A DNA stretch of 64,000 bases from Eledone cirrhosa (Eukaryota): positions 193,006,001 through 193,070,000 of the forward strand of contig OZ024742.1 of the NCBI GenBank assembly GCA_964016885.1, given 5' to 3'. The notes under the pieces are model-generated. The model was not told where the DNA came from. It saw only the letters and a program-made list of their open reading frames with translations, and did not search any database. Shown here piece by piece: positions 13,131 to 25,714 of the stretch. Position 1 is the first letter of the stretch; every line of letters starts with the position of its first letter. Both the position numbers and the translations under genes were made by a program.

Positions 13131-15069
13131 AGCATACATACTGATTGTGTAGAGATAGTTGAAGTCTTTTATGACCGGATAGTGAGTTGCATAATATATA
13201 CTGGAGTAATTGGAGTTATACACAGTTGTCTGCTATTTAGTTGGTGTTGTATATTGGGAATTTATTAGGGTGTCTATATTATTTAGATCTTTTAATTGTA
13301 TAAGGTAAGAGATAAAACAGGTATTTATTGATTGTATGTAGGTCAGTGTGGTCTTTTAATTAAGGTGTAGTCCTATATTCGTGAAGGTCAAGTTGGATAA
13401 ATTACAAGGTGGTGGTCTAGTGTTATCTCCGACTTTGGTCTTTATTTTTATCCTTATTATTATTATTATTATTATTAGTTACTAGGTTTGAAGTAGTGGA
13501 ACGAGAATCTATGGTAATGCGGACAAATGTAGAAGATCTCTGATTTCCTATTTAGTAGGTTTAGGTCAGAGTGAATAATATTTTTAGACTCGAGGATGCA
13601 AAGGTTACAAAATAGGTTAGGTGTTCTATATGAAAGCGCCTTAGCTATCACTTCCCATTTTAAGGTGTAGGGTATATTACTTGATTTTAATGAGTGTATG
13701 AATGTGGATAGTGAGGTTACGTTGATAAATTTAGGGAACTGAACGAATTAAGGTGTGAATTATATCTGGTCTTAAAGCTATTCGATGTAGAACCTATATA
13801 TATTTTCGAGATGTGATTGGCGGTTAAATTACCGGAGTAGACAATGTCTTTAATTAGGCAGTTCTTATTTAATGGACATGTCTTGTTAGGCCTACAATTA
13901 CAATTGTTTTGTTTACTCGTATACTGGTTAAGGGGGTATGCATTTGCGTGGTTGTTTCTGTTTCTTCTTCTAGTATTATGATTATGATGAGTGTTATTAC
14001 TATTTGTATTATTAGTGTGACTTGCTGTATGGTCTCGTACTGTGTTGTTGTTCAGGTTATTTCTATGCTGGACATTATTGCTTCGGTGTAATTTGAAGTC
14101 CTTTTCGATCTTTCTCTTGTTGGTGCTGGCTATATGGTCTGCTATGTTAGGTGTGGTGGAGTAGGATATATGAATTGTTTTTTTGTTAAATAGGTTGTGG
14201 TATTTATGGTTAGTTGGGAAGTGTTTGTCTAGAGTAGAGTAGAAAGCTTTAGGTATGTTTGTTGGTACATTTAAGTTAAAAAATGTGCTACTTCTTCTAT
14301 TCTTCTTATGGTTGTTATTCATACTACTGTTTAGTGTGGTGTTAGGTTCCTTCTAATATATATTTTTCTTTCTGTGGTGTTTCTTAGGGTTACTGCTGTG
14401 GTCTGTTTTAACTTTGATACAGGAGTCTGGATTTTCAATACTATGATCATATTTACCTTTATTCATGGCTATGTTGTGTGAAATTATATTAGGTTTTCTA
14501 TGGGTGTTAAACGACTTAAAATAATCCTATGTTTAATAGCTGTGAGTAACAAACAACACATGCACATAAATACGAACTACAACAGAAATACACTTAAATG
14601 AAAATCACATGCCCAACTTTATCTAGAGCTTTGCATTACACCTCACATAAAAAATACCCATATTATCACCACATGCCTCTCTAACAAATTGCAGACTATC
14701 TTAAACATTTATAACAATTATAACATGCTTTAACAACCCACACAAAATATGTTTATTTTATAACTGCATTATAACTCTTTCCTCATACATGCCTTATTGA
14801 CTGTATTGACTCCTGCATTGTACACCAATTGTCCTTGCTTATAACTCTTTGCCTGTGGTTTTTTTTTTACTTGTGATTTTTTGGCTTGTGCTTTTTACTT
14901 TTACTTATACCTATTACACTTCCACCCAGTGATGCATGTAATTGTGTTATTTCAAGCGGAACATCGTTTTAACTCCTGACACTAATAACAATTATGTACA
15001 CTAAATGTTCTAGTCGATACCCGGATCAGTCCTAAACCCGACAGCCACTGTTCGACATAGCTCCACAAG

Positions 15070-18000
15070 TTAGCAATGCTCGAGCATTGAACGAGTGCGT
15101 GCACGACGGTTTCGTCGCTCTGCGCGCATCTCGGACAGGCTCGGCTGACGGCGTTTAGAGCTTATCTCGTTCCGGTAGCACTGCCAGGCCAGAGACTTTT
15201 GGAAGTTATCCATAGGCCCCTTGGCTGAAGGTTCTCCGGAAGAGTGCAAACAGCTGATCTTCTTCGACGCCCAGGATCTCTCCGAGAACGTCGTCAGTCT
15301 GCCCCTCCACTTATCCTCTATAGAACGCTGATGTGGATGTTCCAACGATACTGGTGCCCATCTGGAAGAGGGCAGTGAGCGCCTGGAGACATTCCAGTTT
15401 CCAAGCGCTGTCCCTCGGTCTTTTTCTGACCCAGGACTGCAGCTCCGTCAAGGAGACGAGCTGTGGGAAAACGGGCCTGGCGAACGGCGACCATACCTGT
15501 TCACCCTCAAGGAAGCACCAGAGATGTCGCATCCTCAGCGTATGTTTGCGCATCATCACCCATGGCATGCCCAATCCTCCAGTCAACGGGTGTTACAGCA
15601 GATGGATCGTCTGATCATGGGAGCACGTCCCTTCCACAAAAAGCGGAAGAGGAGGCGCTCCATTTTGGTGAGAGTTGGGCCGGGGCAAGGGAGGACGGTG
15701 AGGCGGTAGCAAATGACGGATGCGATGTACGCATTCGCCACCTCCGCCCGGGCTTTCAGGGACAGCTTCCTCTCGGCCCATTTCTGGGGTGAGGGAGGCC
15801 ACCTTGCTCGTCACCTCGTTCCAGTTTTTCTCCATCTGGAGGTCCGGTCCGAATCAGACCCTGAGCAATTTAACTGGTCCGTCCGTCCAACGCCCCACGT
15901 CGCTGTCGGACGGCATGGACTTGCCTCTCCATGTGCCGAGCTGCAAGCCCACCGACATTTCCTGGTTTATCTTTGCTCATGTCACCGCCTCGTATTCCTT
16001 GAGAGCGGTGCCGAGCATCTGGACGTATCTGATGCTCGACACTACCAAGGTGATGTCGTCGGCGTAAGCCGACTCGGATTTCCCGCATCCTAGTTCGCGT
16101 GGGACGCTCCTCATCGCCCGCAGTTTGTGCAGTAACGGCTCGAGAGCTATTAGGTACAAGAGGGATGGGAGGGGACAACCCTGGCGGACTGAACGCATAA
16201 TGCTGAACGGCTGCGACAGGTGACCGTTCACCCTCACAACTGAGCAGATGTCGCTGTACATCGCAGCGATCCAACCCCTGAAAACGGGCCCGAAACCGGC
16301 TGCCTCGAGGACCGTCGTCAGGTACCGATGGTCGACCCTATCGAATGCTTTGGATTGATCCAAATTGATCAGGGCCCCACCTGTCCCTGGTACCTTAACC
16401 CCCCTCTCTATGATGTATCGCATGAGGTGGAGGTTGTCGTGTATGGATGTGTCGGGAATGGCGCATATATTTGCCTCTACCACCAGACCCTTGACGACAA
16501 GCGCCAACCTCGTTTCTAACACCTTGGCCAAAATCTTAAACTCTGCGTGTAGCAGGGTTATGGGCCTGAAATTATCGATAACATCCCCCTTGTTCGGGTC
16601 TTTTCTCAGCAGCGCCACCGTTCCACGGCTCACAAAACTGGGAATGCTCCCGTTCTGTTTCCAGTTGCAGTAGACGTCTGCCAAGAGGTCACCGTACAAG
16701 TCTGGCATAAATGCATAAAGCTCGTAGGGCAGACAATCCAAACCTGGCGATTTACCCCTCGTGCAGTGAGCCATCGCATCCAGTACTTCAGCGGCTGTTA
16801 TTGGCTTTTCGCAACACTGTGCTGCGGTCGTCGAGAGCCGAGGGAGTCCGTCGAGGTATGCACTGAAGTCCTTGCCCCGATCGGGACCTCTGCTGCTCCC
16901 GAACAGTTCAGCAAAGTGCTGCTGAAAAGCTTCACACATCTGCTCGGGTTGAAGAAACACGCACCCGTTTTGGTAAGACAAAGACCGAACTGTGGCTTTG
17001 TTGCCACGTCTCGCCTCTGCCACCCGGTCCATTGGACGGCTTTTGTCCCCTCGTGTTTCAGAGCAAGCGCTCTAGCTCTGACACGCAGCCTTCGTGTTTT
17101 GCGTCGAAGAATTGGTCGAGTGCCAATCTCGCCGCAAGAACGTGAGTTGCGATGCCTGTCCTAAACGCCTTTTCTAGCTTTCAGACTAGCTCTCCTTCTA
17201 CTCTATTATCCTCTATCACTAGTCCTTTGCTAAAGCTAATCGACTCTACTTTAATTGCCCTTTTCAGGGCGAACTACCACATGTTGTTGACGACCGCTCC
17301 CGTCAACGCCCGCTTAACCAATACGCTAATCCGGTCTCTGTAGGCTTTGCGCGCCGAGAAAGACGCGTTCAGCTTCAAGTAACCAGGCCCTTGTCTATGA
17401 AGTCTGTCTATGTCGATCTCACAGATCACAAAATTGTGGTCTGCGTAGCCGACTATTTTAAATTGTGGATAACTTATTCTAGCCTTATCTAGTTCTCAGC
17501 AGAAGGCCCTATCGAGATACGATATGAATGATCCGATGCAGTTTGTCCACGTCCACATTGGCACATTCGGGTGATCCAGTCGATACCTGTCAAAGAGTTC
17601 AAAACGTCTGAGAAGGTTGGTGAGGCTCTTGAACCCTCCTCCCATATCCATTAGACCCACACAATCCCTGCGTGCATCCAAGATACCGTTCCAGTCGCCC
17701 ACTAACACTAAAGAGCGGGAAGTTCCAAGAAAGGTCTATAGACGTCTGAAGAAATCTGGCCGTCCTGCCCTTGTTGGGGCGTAGACGGCTACTAACCTGA
17801 AAGCATTGCCTTCGCTGCCGGTCACGTCCAGCAAAACCGACTTACCTTCTGGGTCTAGGAAGATGGCCCGTATGGCGAGATCCAAGCATCTCCGAAAAAG
17901 ATCGGTAACCCCTCCCCCCGATCCTGGACGGCTGGGGATGCGTATACATCGTAGTCGCCGAAGATCGGTGCGAAGTCTTGTTCTTCGGAGATTCTGGTCT

Positions 18001-18091
18001 CGCTGATGGCCACCACGTTGAGCAGGTGACCCTGCTTCCAAGATGACCCCAGGCCACCTGCTTTTATACTGCCTATTCTGAGTACGGCCAT
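15070..18091 (-). pseudogene. LINE ORF2 (apurinic endonuclease + reverse transcriptase), frameshifted
   Basis: Longest intact piece is 15977-17032 (351 aa), containing SAYADDITL. Confidence 0.85.
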
Positions 18092-18123
18092 GTTGGATGA
18101 GAAACGGGGCAAGTGAGAAAGGG

Positions 18124-19526
18124 TCACTTACCTTGATCGTGTGGTGAAGGGACAGTAGAACCGTCCCGTTGGCTGGTCATGGGTGTTTCCGTGAAGGGGC
18201 TTCTGCGTTTGTTGCCTTCCCTGTTCTTGGTAGCAGCAGGCCAGGTATTGGAAGGAGAGGGGCCTTCTTCTTCGCTGTCTTCTGCGGGAAAAAGGCCCTG
18301 TGGTGACCCTTCGACCCACAGAGATAACATTTTGGCCGTCTTCCTTCTACACTTATAGGGAGTTGGAGTCCTTCCTCAAAGTCTATGATATCGGGGATAG
18401 CCTCGATACATTCCTGGTCAGTTTGTATAAGCATTTGCATGCCTATACCTGACCAGTTCTCTCTGCCTATTTTTTCTACTTGCAGCATGGTCGCCCTGTT
18501 CTCAATTCCAGCAAGGACAGACGCGGCCAGCCAATGTATGGGCACGTCGGGTGGGACCTGGGTCACTTTGACCCTCACAATTTTTTACCCGCAATAGGAG
18601 GGCACCAAGTCTAACTCCTCACTCTTTAGGATTTCGAAAGAGTGAGACTTTGCCTCCTGCGGGGTGGCGAAAAGTACGTCTACTGTGGCGTACTTTCTGC
18701 CTCGGGTGATGTGGGTTTTGCGTGCCCAGACGCACCCCAAGGCCTTTTGGATTTGAGCCTCCGTGGCTCTCTCCACTCGATGTGAGATTTTGCTTACGGT
18801 GCGGTATGTCACCGTTCGTAGCTGCTGGTCCTTGAAAAAATCGGGTGGAGGTTTCAGGGAAACTCTATTGGCGCTTCTTGTCACCATGGCCCTTGCGACT
18901 GCCATCTCCTCCTCTGTGACTAACACTGTCTCGATATTTCGGGCGACACCTGCAAAAGAAGTGGTCCCTTTTTCAGCAGCACCACTATTGCTGCCGCTAC
19001 TGGTCTTACTGGTGGTGCTGAGGTCGCTATTACAGGTATTGGTGTCATTGTTGTTCTTTTCGCTGGTACAGTTGTTGGCGTGGTTTTCGTTGATACTGTT
19101 GCTGCTGTTACTGTTATTGTGGCTGTTGTTATTATTGTTGTTTTTGTTTATACTGTTCCTACTATTATTGTTGTTGTGCTTGTTGTTATTGTCATTGTTA
19201 TTGTCGTTCTCGACCTTACCGCTGTTATTTTTGTTATTGTCGTTCTCGACCTTACCGCTGTAATTTTTGTTATTGTCGTTCTCGACTTTACCGCTGTTAT
19301 ATTTGGTGTTGTTGTTGGTGATGTTGTTGGTGTTATTGTTGGTGTTGTTTGTGTTAGAAATGTTTGTTAATTTTAAATCTGTAACAATCTTTTTTTCCTT
19401 TGTAATATTTTCGTTTATATTTACCTCCGCTCGAACGCTGTCTTGTTGACATGCTGATAAAGTCTCCCTCTCTCTGTGTTGTCTGACAGCGCTCCCTCTC
19501 TTTTTTTGTGTTATCCATGTTGACAT
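18124..19526 (-). pseudogene. LINE ORF1 (gag-like, zinc knuckle), frameshifted
   Basis: Made up of ORF pieces 18585-19526 and 18177-18578, with a CX2CX4H knuckle. Confidence 0.75.
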
Positions 19527-20465
19527 TTTTCAAAAAATATTTTTACACAAATACGAATACGACACCCCGTAAAGGGGTGCCGTATTATTTACTAGTGAAA
19601 CCCTGTAATTGGTGGGTCACTTCTTCTAAACTTTTATCAAATTTAAAACTTGAATAAAAGGTTTAGAACGGTTGAAAAAGAGGTAAAACGTTGAAAAAGA
19701 CTGGAGGCGATAAGAAGCGTGGCTTCACCAACCAATAATAATAATAATAATAATAATTAGGGAAGGTACGCCCATAGTGGATAGAGTTTTATGGAATCGC
19801 TCCCGTAAGTTTTTGATTTTTTACATATTTAAAACAATTGTGATACAATAATTCTTATTACAAGTGGGGCATGAGATATCAGTCTGGACTCTCAGGAAGT
19901 GGCAACGAATCACATTATGGCATTGGGCTCCAATATTTAATATTTAATTTTGTACCAGAAATTTTATAGTCAGAAAAGAAAATGGCTAGAAAACAACAGC
20001 TAAATAACTTCACCACCAACACCACCACCACCGCCGCCACCATCACCATCACCACTACCACAAAAAAATCTAGGCAAATACAAACGAGCACCATCCCTAT
20101 AGTACGGCTATCCCATCACCACCGCCACCACTGCATCATCGCTACCACCACTATTCCCTCACCACTTAAGAGAGGGATGGTAGTAGTGCCGCTACACATG
20201 AAAAGAAGCGAGGAAGGTATCAACAGATATAAATAGACTGGGTTAGTGACTGGGTCAAGCAGCTAACAACAACAACACCAAAATAATTATGTTGTTGTAT
20301 CTCTGAACTCTCTCAAAATGTTTAGTTTAAACGATGTCAAATCTAAACTATAATATAACAATAATAATTCTTTCTGCCTTTGGCACGGGACCAGCAATTG
20401 CCCCGGTGTGTTGCTGGTGCTTTGTTTTTTCGGCTCCGTAAGGATGAAAGGAAAAATAAAAATAA

Positions 20466-20640
20466 TAATTGTTTCTGCTTTTGGCACAAAGCCAGCAATT
20501 ACTGTTTTTTTTATTTTATCGACACCGTAGGGATGAGGGGCGGGGTTAACCTCGGGGGGATTTGAACTCGGACAGTAGGTAGACGTAGCTCTGTGCTGCA
20601 GGGCATGGTGTGCGACTCTTTACCGAAACTGCCAAATGAT
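20466..20640 (-). mobile_element. Diverged tRNA/Nin-domain SINE (plus partial copy ~20370-20452)
   Basis: TTTTATCGACACCGTAGGGATGA...GTTAACCTCGGGGGGATTTGAACTC. Confidence 0.7.
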
Positions 20641-21049
20641 AAGCAACAAGTCGAAAAATTATAGAACAGAACACAGACAGAGGCAAACGCAACAACAAAC
20701 ACACATTTTAAAAAAGTTTTGAACACATCAACCCCTACTTAACAGCAGCAGCAACAACAACACAAGTAACCGATGTTACTGACCATGAAAAACGAAAAAC
20801 GCAAAGGAAAAAAACAAACAAACAAACACAAAACTAAGTCAGACATTCAAACATTACAACGAAACTTATGTTTATTTTTTTTAGCTTTTATCTATTTATT
20901 TGTTTATTTATTTATGTTCGTCTACAGCGTGATGGTGCCACGCTAAAATCACCAGGGGTGATTATGTAACCATACATTCACCAATCCTCGATATGAGTGT
21001 TTAAATGTCGAAATTAAACAGTTCGAATAACGGTGAAGTGGAGACTGGA

Positions 21050-24000
21050 ACGTCATGTGACAGACTCCCACCCAGCAGGTGATCCCTGGCCCAGCAGCAG
21101 GGACCTCGGTGTCATCCAAATACTGCTGGTGTTGGAGGAAGAAGAAGGAAAGAGACAAGAACCAACTGCACGAAAGAATTGAATAGAACTGTTATGCAAT
21201 GTTACCTGAAGAGTAACCCCAAGGAAAAAGGCTATAGGAAACGGATGGATAACATCTGGAACGAGATTGGTCTATTTAAATTAGATGAACAAAAATTGGC
21301 TGGGAAGGGAGACTAGATTGGAAATGGAGAGTGGAGTATGCCAGGCAAACGAGCCAGTGGGAAATGAAGGTGAAGAGGTTGAGAGACCGGAGGAAACATC
21401 CGAAGCAGACAATGATCTGAATGCTGACATAAATAACATCTGGAACAAAGATGCAGCCATTGAGGAAATGAATGCTGACGGGCTAGGACAAGATTTGGCT
21501 CATATCCTAAACTTAGTGGTAGATGAAATGAACAATGATAGTGGGAAACCTATGAACCTAAGATTTGTAGAGAGGAAAAAGTTAAAAGAAACAACAGGTA
21601 AGGTAAACAAAGTCATCCCATACCTTGAGGCGAGGAACCTTCACCAATGCAACAATATCCTCAAAGCAACAGCAAATGCGGTGAGGAAATTACTTGGCAT
21701 AAAAACGAGAGGAAACAACAAACAAGAAAGATCAGAACCTTGGTGGAAGATACAACTGAATGGTCAAATCAGGGAAATGAGAAATGACATTGGAAAACTT
21801 GAGTCCCTACTGAATGGGACACTACAAAACATAGACACTAAAAATAGACTGGAAATAAAGTACAAAACTAGGAGGAAAAAGATAAATATTATCATAGAGG
21901 AACTGAAGCAACGCATTGTAGCAAAGAGTGCAAAGATTAGGCGGTATGAGAGCAGAGTCAGTCAGTATAGACAGAACCGCATGTTTGACAACAACCAGAA
22001 GATGCTGTTTGGACAGCTGGAAGGGAAAGAAAGAGGCAACGACTTGATCCCTGAGGCGGAACAGACTAAGACATTCTGGAGAGGAATATGGGAGCAGGAT
22101 ATTGAACATAATGATCAGGCAGTGTGGATTAAGACAGTACAGAAGGAGATAAGTGAACAGGCACAACAACAAACCGATTTAAGTATCACAGTTGAAACTC
22201 TTAAAGGGCAGGCCAGAAAACTAACCAACTGGAAATCACAAGGCCCAGATGGTGTGCAGGGGTATTGGATTAAAAATATAACAACATGTTCAATGACTGC
22301 TTGATGTCGGGTGAGGTACCAGAGTGGTTGACAAAGGGTACCACAGTCCTGGTAATAAAAGACCGAATCAAGGGTAATGATGTTTCCAACTATAGAACTA
22401 TCACATGTCTATCCGTAATGTGGAAACTGTTAACAAGCATTGTGTCTGAGGAAATCTACCATCACATCCACACAAACAACTTGTTACCGGACGAACAGAA
22501 AGGATGCTGAAAGAAGTCCCGTGGTACAAAAGACCAGCTACTTATTGATAAGATGGTAATGTGTAATTGCAAGAGGAAACACACTGGTCTTGCCATGGGA
22601 TGGATAAACTGCAAAAAGGCATTCGACATGGTATCTCATTCTTGCATAACCAAAAGCCTAGAGATCTTCAATGTGGCAGATAACATCAGATAGTTGTTGA
22701 GCAAAAGTATGAATACCTGGGAAACAGAATTAACATCGGGTGGAGAATCTTTGGAGACGTGAAGATCAAGAGAGGTATCTTCCAGGGAGATAGTCTGTCC
22801 TTTCTGTTGTTTGTCCTTGCCCTGATACCCCTGACTATTATATTGCGAAAAGTGAGAGCAGGATACAAATTGGGAAAAGGAGAGCTTACCATCAACCACC
22901 TCCTCTTAATGGACGATCTTAAACTCTTTGGGAAGAGTGAGGAGTTGGATGTACTTTTTGACACTGTTCGTATTTTCAGCAATGATTATATGTATAGATT
23001 TTGGTATTACTAAGTGTGGAGTCCTAGTGATGAAGCGGGGTAAACTGAGCAGAAGCAACGTAATCCAGGTACCAACAGGTGAGATGATAAAGGAAATTGA
23101 CACTGAAGAAGGATACAAATAATTAGGTGTTCTTGAGGTAGAAAATGAAGGAATTGATAAGATCTGAGTACATTAGGAGAGTAAGGAGCGTATTAAAATC
23201 ACATCTATATAGTTGGAATGTCATAAGTGCAGTGAATTCCCGAGCTGTGTCTATTATTATGTACAGTGCGGGAATTCTGAAATGGAATGTTGCTGAACAA
23301 AAAGAAATAAGCTATTGACTATCTACAACATGTCCCACAAGAGGAGTGATGTCGATAGACTCTACTTAAAGAGATCTGAAGATGGAAGAGGTCTTATCAG
23401 CATAGAGGACTGTGTTCAGATGGAGAAAAACAACCTGCACAAATACGTGACCGACAGTAGGGAGCCAATGCTCAGAATTGTACTTAAGGAGAGAACAATA
23501 GACCAGTGGATGTCCAAGGAGGAAATAATAACAAGGAGGAAGACCAACTTCATGAAAAATCCCTTCATAGTAACTTCTCTCAGAAAACTGAATTTAGAGA
23601 TGTCCAGGAATGGAACTGGTTAAAAAGAGGTGACCTTAAAAAAGCTACAGAAGCAATGCTAATGGTTGCGCAAGAGCAGGCACTCAAAACGAAGTGGGTG
23701 AAACACCATATTTACAAGGTGGAGGCTAGCCCACTGTGTAGGATCTGTGGAGAGAGAGAGGAGACTGTGGCTCACATTGTATCTGAGTGTAATCCTAGCT
23801 CAGACTTACTATAAAGCCTGGAGACATGATGTGATGGGCAGGGTGATCTACTGGCACCTATGCAAAGTAAACAATTTACCACATTCTGAGAAGTGGTATG
23901 AGCATAAGCCAGAGTCGGTGATAGAAAACCATCAGGGGAAGGTGCTGTGGGATTTTAGGATACAGACGGATAAGAAACTGGAACACAATAGGACTGATCT

Positions 24001-24380
24001 GGTGGTTTTGGACAAGGAAAAAAGATCGTGCCTGATTGTAGATGTAGCCTGCCCATTTGACACGAGAGTGCAAGAAAAGGAGAGGGAGAAAATTAACCGA
24101 TACCAAGACTTAAATTGGGAGGTAAAAAGGATTTTCAACTACCATGAAGTCAGAGTCGTCCCGATTGTCATAGGCGCACTAGGTACTATCTCAAAGAGTT
24201 TCCAGGGATGGTTAAAGAAAGTTAGTCCAGCCCCGTTTTTTGGAATACCCCAAAAGACATGCTTGCTGGGAACAGCAAGAACCCTCCGATACGTCCTTAA
24301 TATCTGAGTCTGCAGGTAGCGGCTTCATATTCATTTCAACAAACTATCCTGCTTTCACCCTTAACGGGATCTTCTGAAAC
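21050..24380 (+). mobile_element. R4/Dong-type non-LTR retrotransposon (RT + CCHC + restriction-like endonuclease), decayed
   Basis: Motifs KGYRKRMDNIW, WKSQGPDGVQGYWIK, NYRTITCL, RGIFQGDSLS, HLLLMDDLKLF, CRICGEREETVAHIVSEC, RHD, NRTDLV..IVDVACPFD..EKINRYQDL. Several stops and frameshifts. Confidence 0.9.
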
Positions 24381-24554
24381 ACATTTATATATTTATATAT
24401 CCAGAGAATGTAACTTGGAGTTAATGTATGTTCAGCCGGGTGAGCACTCGATGTTTAGGTTCACTTCAGTACCGAGGTGTAGAGATAGACAGTGTATTAT
24501 AGTTAAATAAGATAACAAGGACGATTGGTTACTCCTTCATTATTTCAATATATA

Positions 24555-24753
24555 GGGCGGTGGATTGGAAGTATAGTAAGAGGGTCGGACGCCATGTTCT
24601 GCAGGAAAGTGTTACGTCCCTTTATGGTCTGAGTTCAAATCCCGCCGAGTTTAACTTTGTCTTTCATCCTTTCATCCTTTGTCTTTCATCGATGAAAAAA
24701 AGTACCAGTAATACACTGGGATAATTGCTGGCCTTGTGCCAAAAGTAGAAACA
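24555..24753 (+). mobile_element. tRNA/Nin-domain SINE with 16-bp TSD
   Basis: TSD ATTATTTCA(A/C)TATATA at 24539-24554 and 24754-24769. Confidence 0.9.
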
Positions 24754-24771
24754 ATTATTTCACTATATATA

Positions 24772-25600
24772 TATATGAAAGACGTAAAATAAGAAAATTA
24801 TAAAAATTAACTTACTAAAATTTCACTCCAACTAATTAGTTTCTGAAAGGGAATAAACATGGTTTCCAAATGGAAAGCATGGAGAAGCCGTTTCGTCATC
24901 ATTTTAGTAAGTAAGTTAATTTTTATAATTTTCTTATTTTACGTCTTTCATATAATTGTTCTGCATCCCCTTGCATTGAACCACAAAGTTACTAAGACAA
25001 AACCTATATATTTGCTAGCATAGGTATGCATCTGTATATATATGTTGGTAGATATACTAATTCTTTATAATTATCTCCAAATTATTTTGTTGAGCAAAAA
25101 GTTGCCAAATCTGCTACTATAGTTCATAGTAATGGCTCGGCTACTATCTTTTTAACACCCCACTCCTCACTGATTAACCTCGATGTGACGTGATTGATTC
25201 TTTTGAATTTGCCACCGACCAAGTAGGCAGTGATCTTTTCAATGTCTTGGAATTGAGTCCACGCTTGCTTTTTTCCATCCACTGAATTATTTTTGTATAA
25301 GTTCCCTGTGTCCACGCATCGCCTGGTAACTTAGCTAAGAACAGACTTCCTGATGACGAAACGGCTTCTCCATGCTTTCCATTTGGAAACCATGTTTATT
25401 CCTTTTCAGAAACTAATTAGTTGGAGTGAAATTTTAGTAAGTAAGTTAATTTTTATAATTTTCTTATTTTACGTATTTCATATAATTGTTCTGCATCCCC
25501 TTGCATTGAACCACAAAGTTACTAAGACAAAACCTATATATTTGCTAGCATAGGTATGCATCTGTATATATATGTTGGTAGATATACTAATTCTATATAT
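24772..25600 (+). mobile_element. Non-coding PLE-type element: inverted + direct terminal repeats with HHR
   Basis: 24772-24901 is the reverse complement of ~25351-25483, and 24901-25065 is a direct copy of ~25431-25595. Flanked by (TA)n. Confidence 0.75.
25345..25427 (+). ncRNA. Type I hammerhead ribozyme with long stem II
   Basis: ACTTC CTGATGA C GAAA c GG..CATG c TTTCCA tt TGGAAA c CATG..CC t TTTC A GAAAC TAATTA GTT GGAGT. Stem III is palindromic. Confidence 0.65.
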
Positions 25601-25714
25601 ATAAGCCATTTCAGACCAGGGGAAGTATCGAGTACTCACTACTGTTGGTAATAAAAAATAGCTAGTGAGACAATAAATCAAATATAAAAATAAAAAATGG
25701 AAATATGAATTAAA

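Larger units (their letters stand above)
11460..15012 (-). mobile_element. 5'-truncated Penelope-like element: GIY-YIG ORF (~13490-14322), 3' pLTR with HHR, inverted pLTR copy at 14520-15012
   Basis: Encodes CNCRPNKTCPLNKNCLIKDIVY..IYIGSTSNSFKTRYNSH and, after a frameshift, KWEVI..CNLCILE..LLNRKSE..CPH. 14520-15012 is the reverse complement of ~11655-12142. Interrupted by an RTE-derived element and (TA)n at ~12600-13140. Confidence 0.85.
15015..19733 (-). mobile_element. L1/Tx1-like LINE, decayed (ORF1 + APE/RT ORF2)
   Basis: ORF1 spans ~19526-18124 with an Asn-rich N-terminus and knuckle CYLCGSKGHH. ORF2 starts at the ATG at 18091, with APE motifs (VVAISETR, LVAVYAP, LVGDWN, SYLDR) and RT motifs (FRPITLL, LDQSKAFD, RQGCPL, YADD). 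The 5' end abuts (TTA)n. Confidence 0.9.

Noticed and set aside
13490-14322. Selenocysteine-encoding (Naiad-type) PLE
   Set aside because: The conserved cysteines read as normal Cys codons, and the break at 13717 is TAA with a frameshift, not an in-frame TGA.
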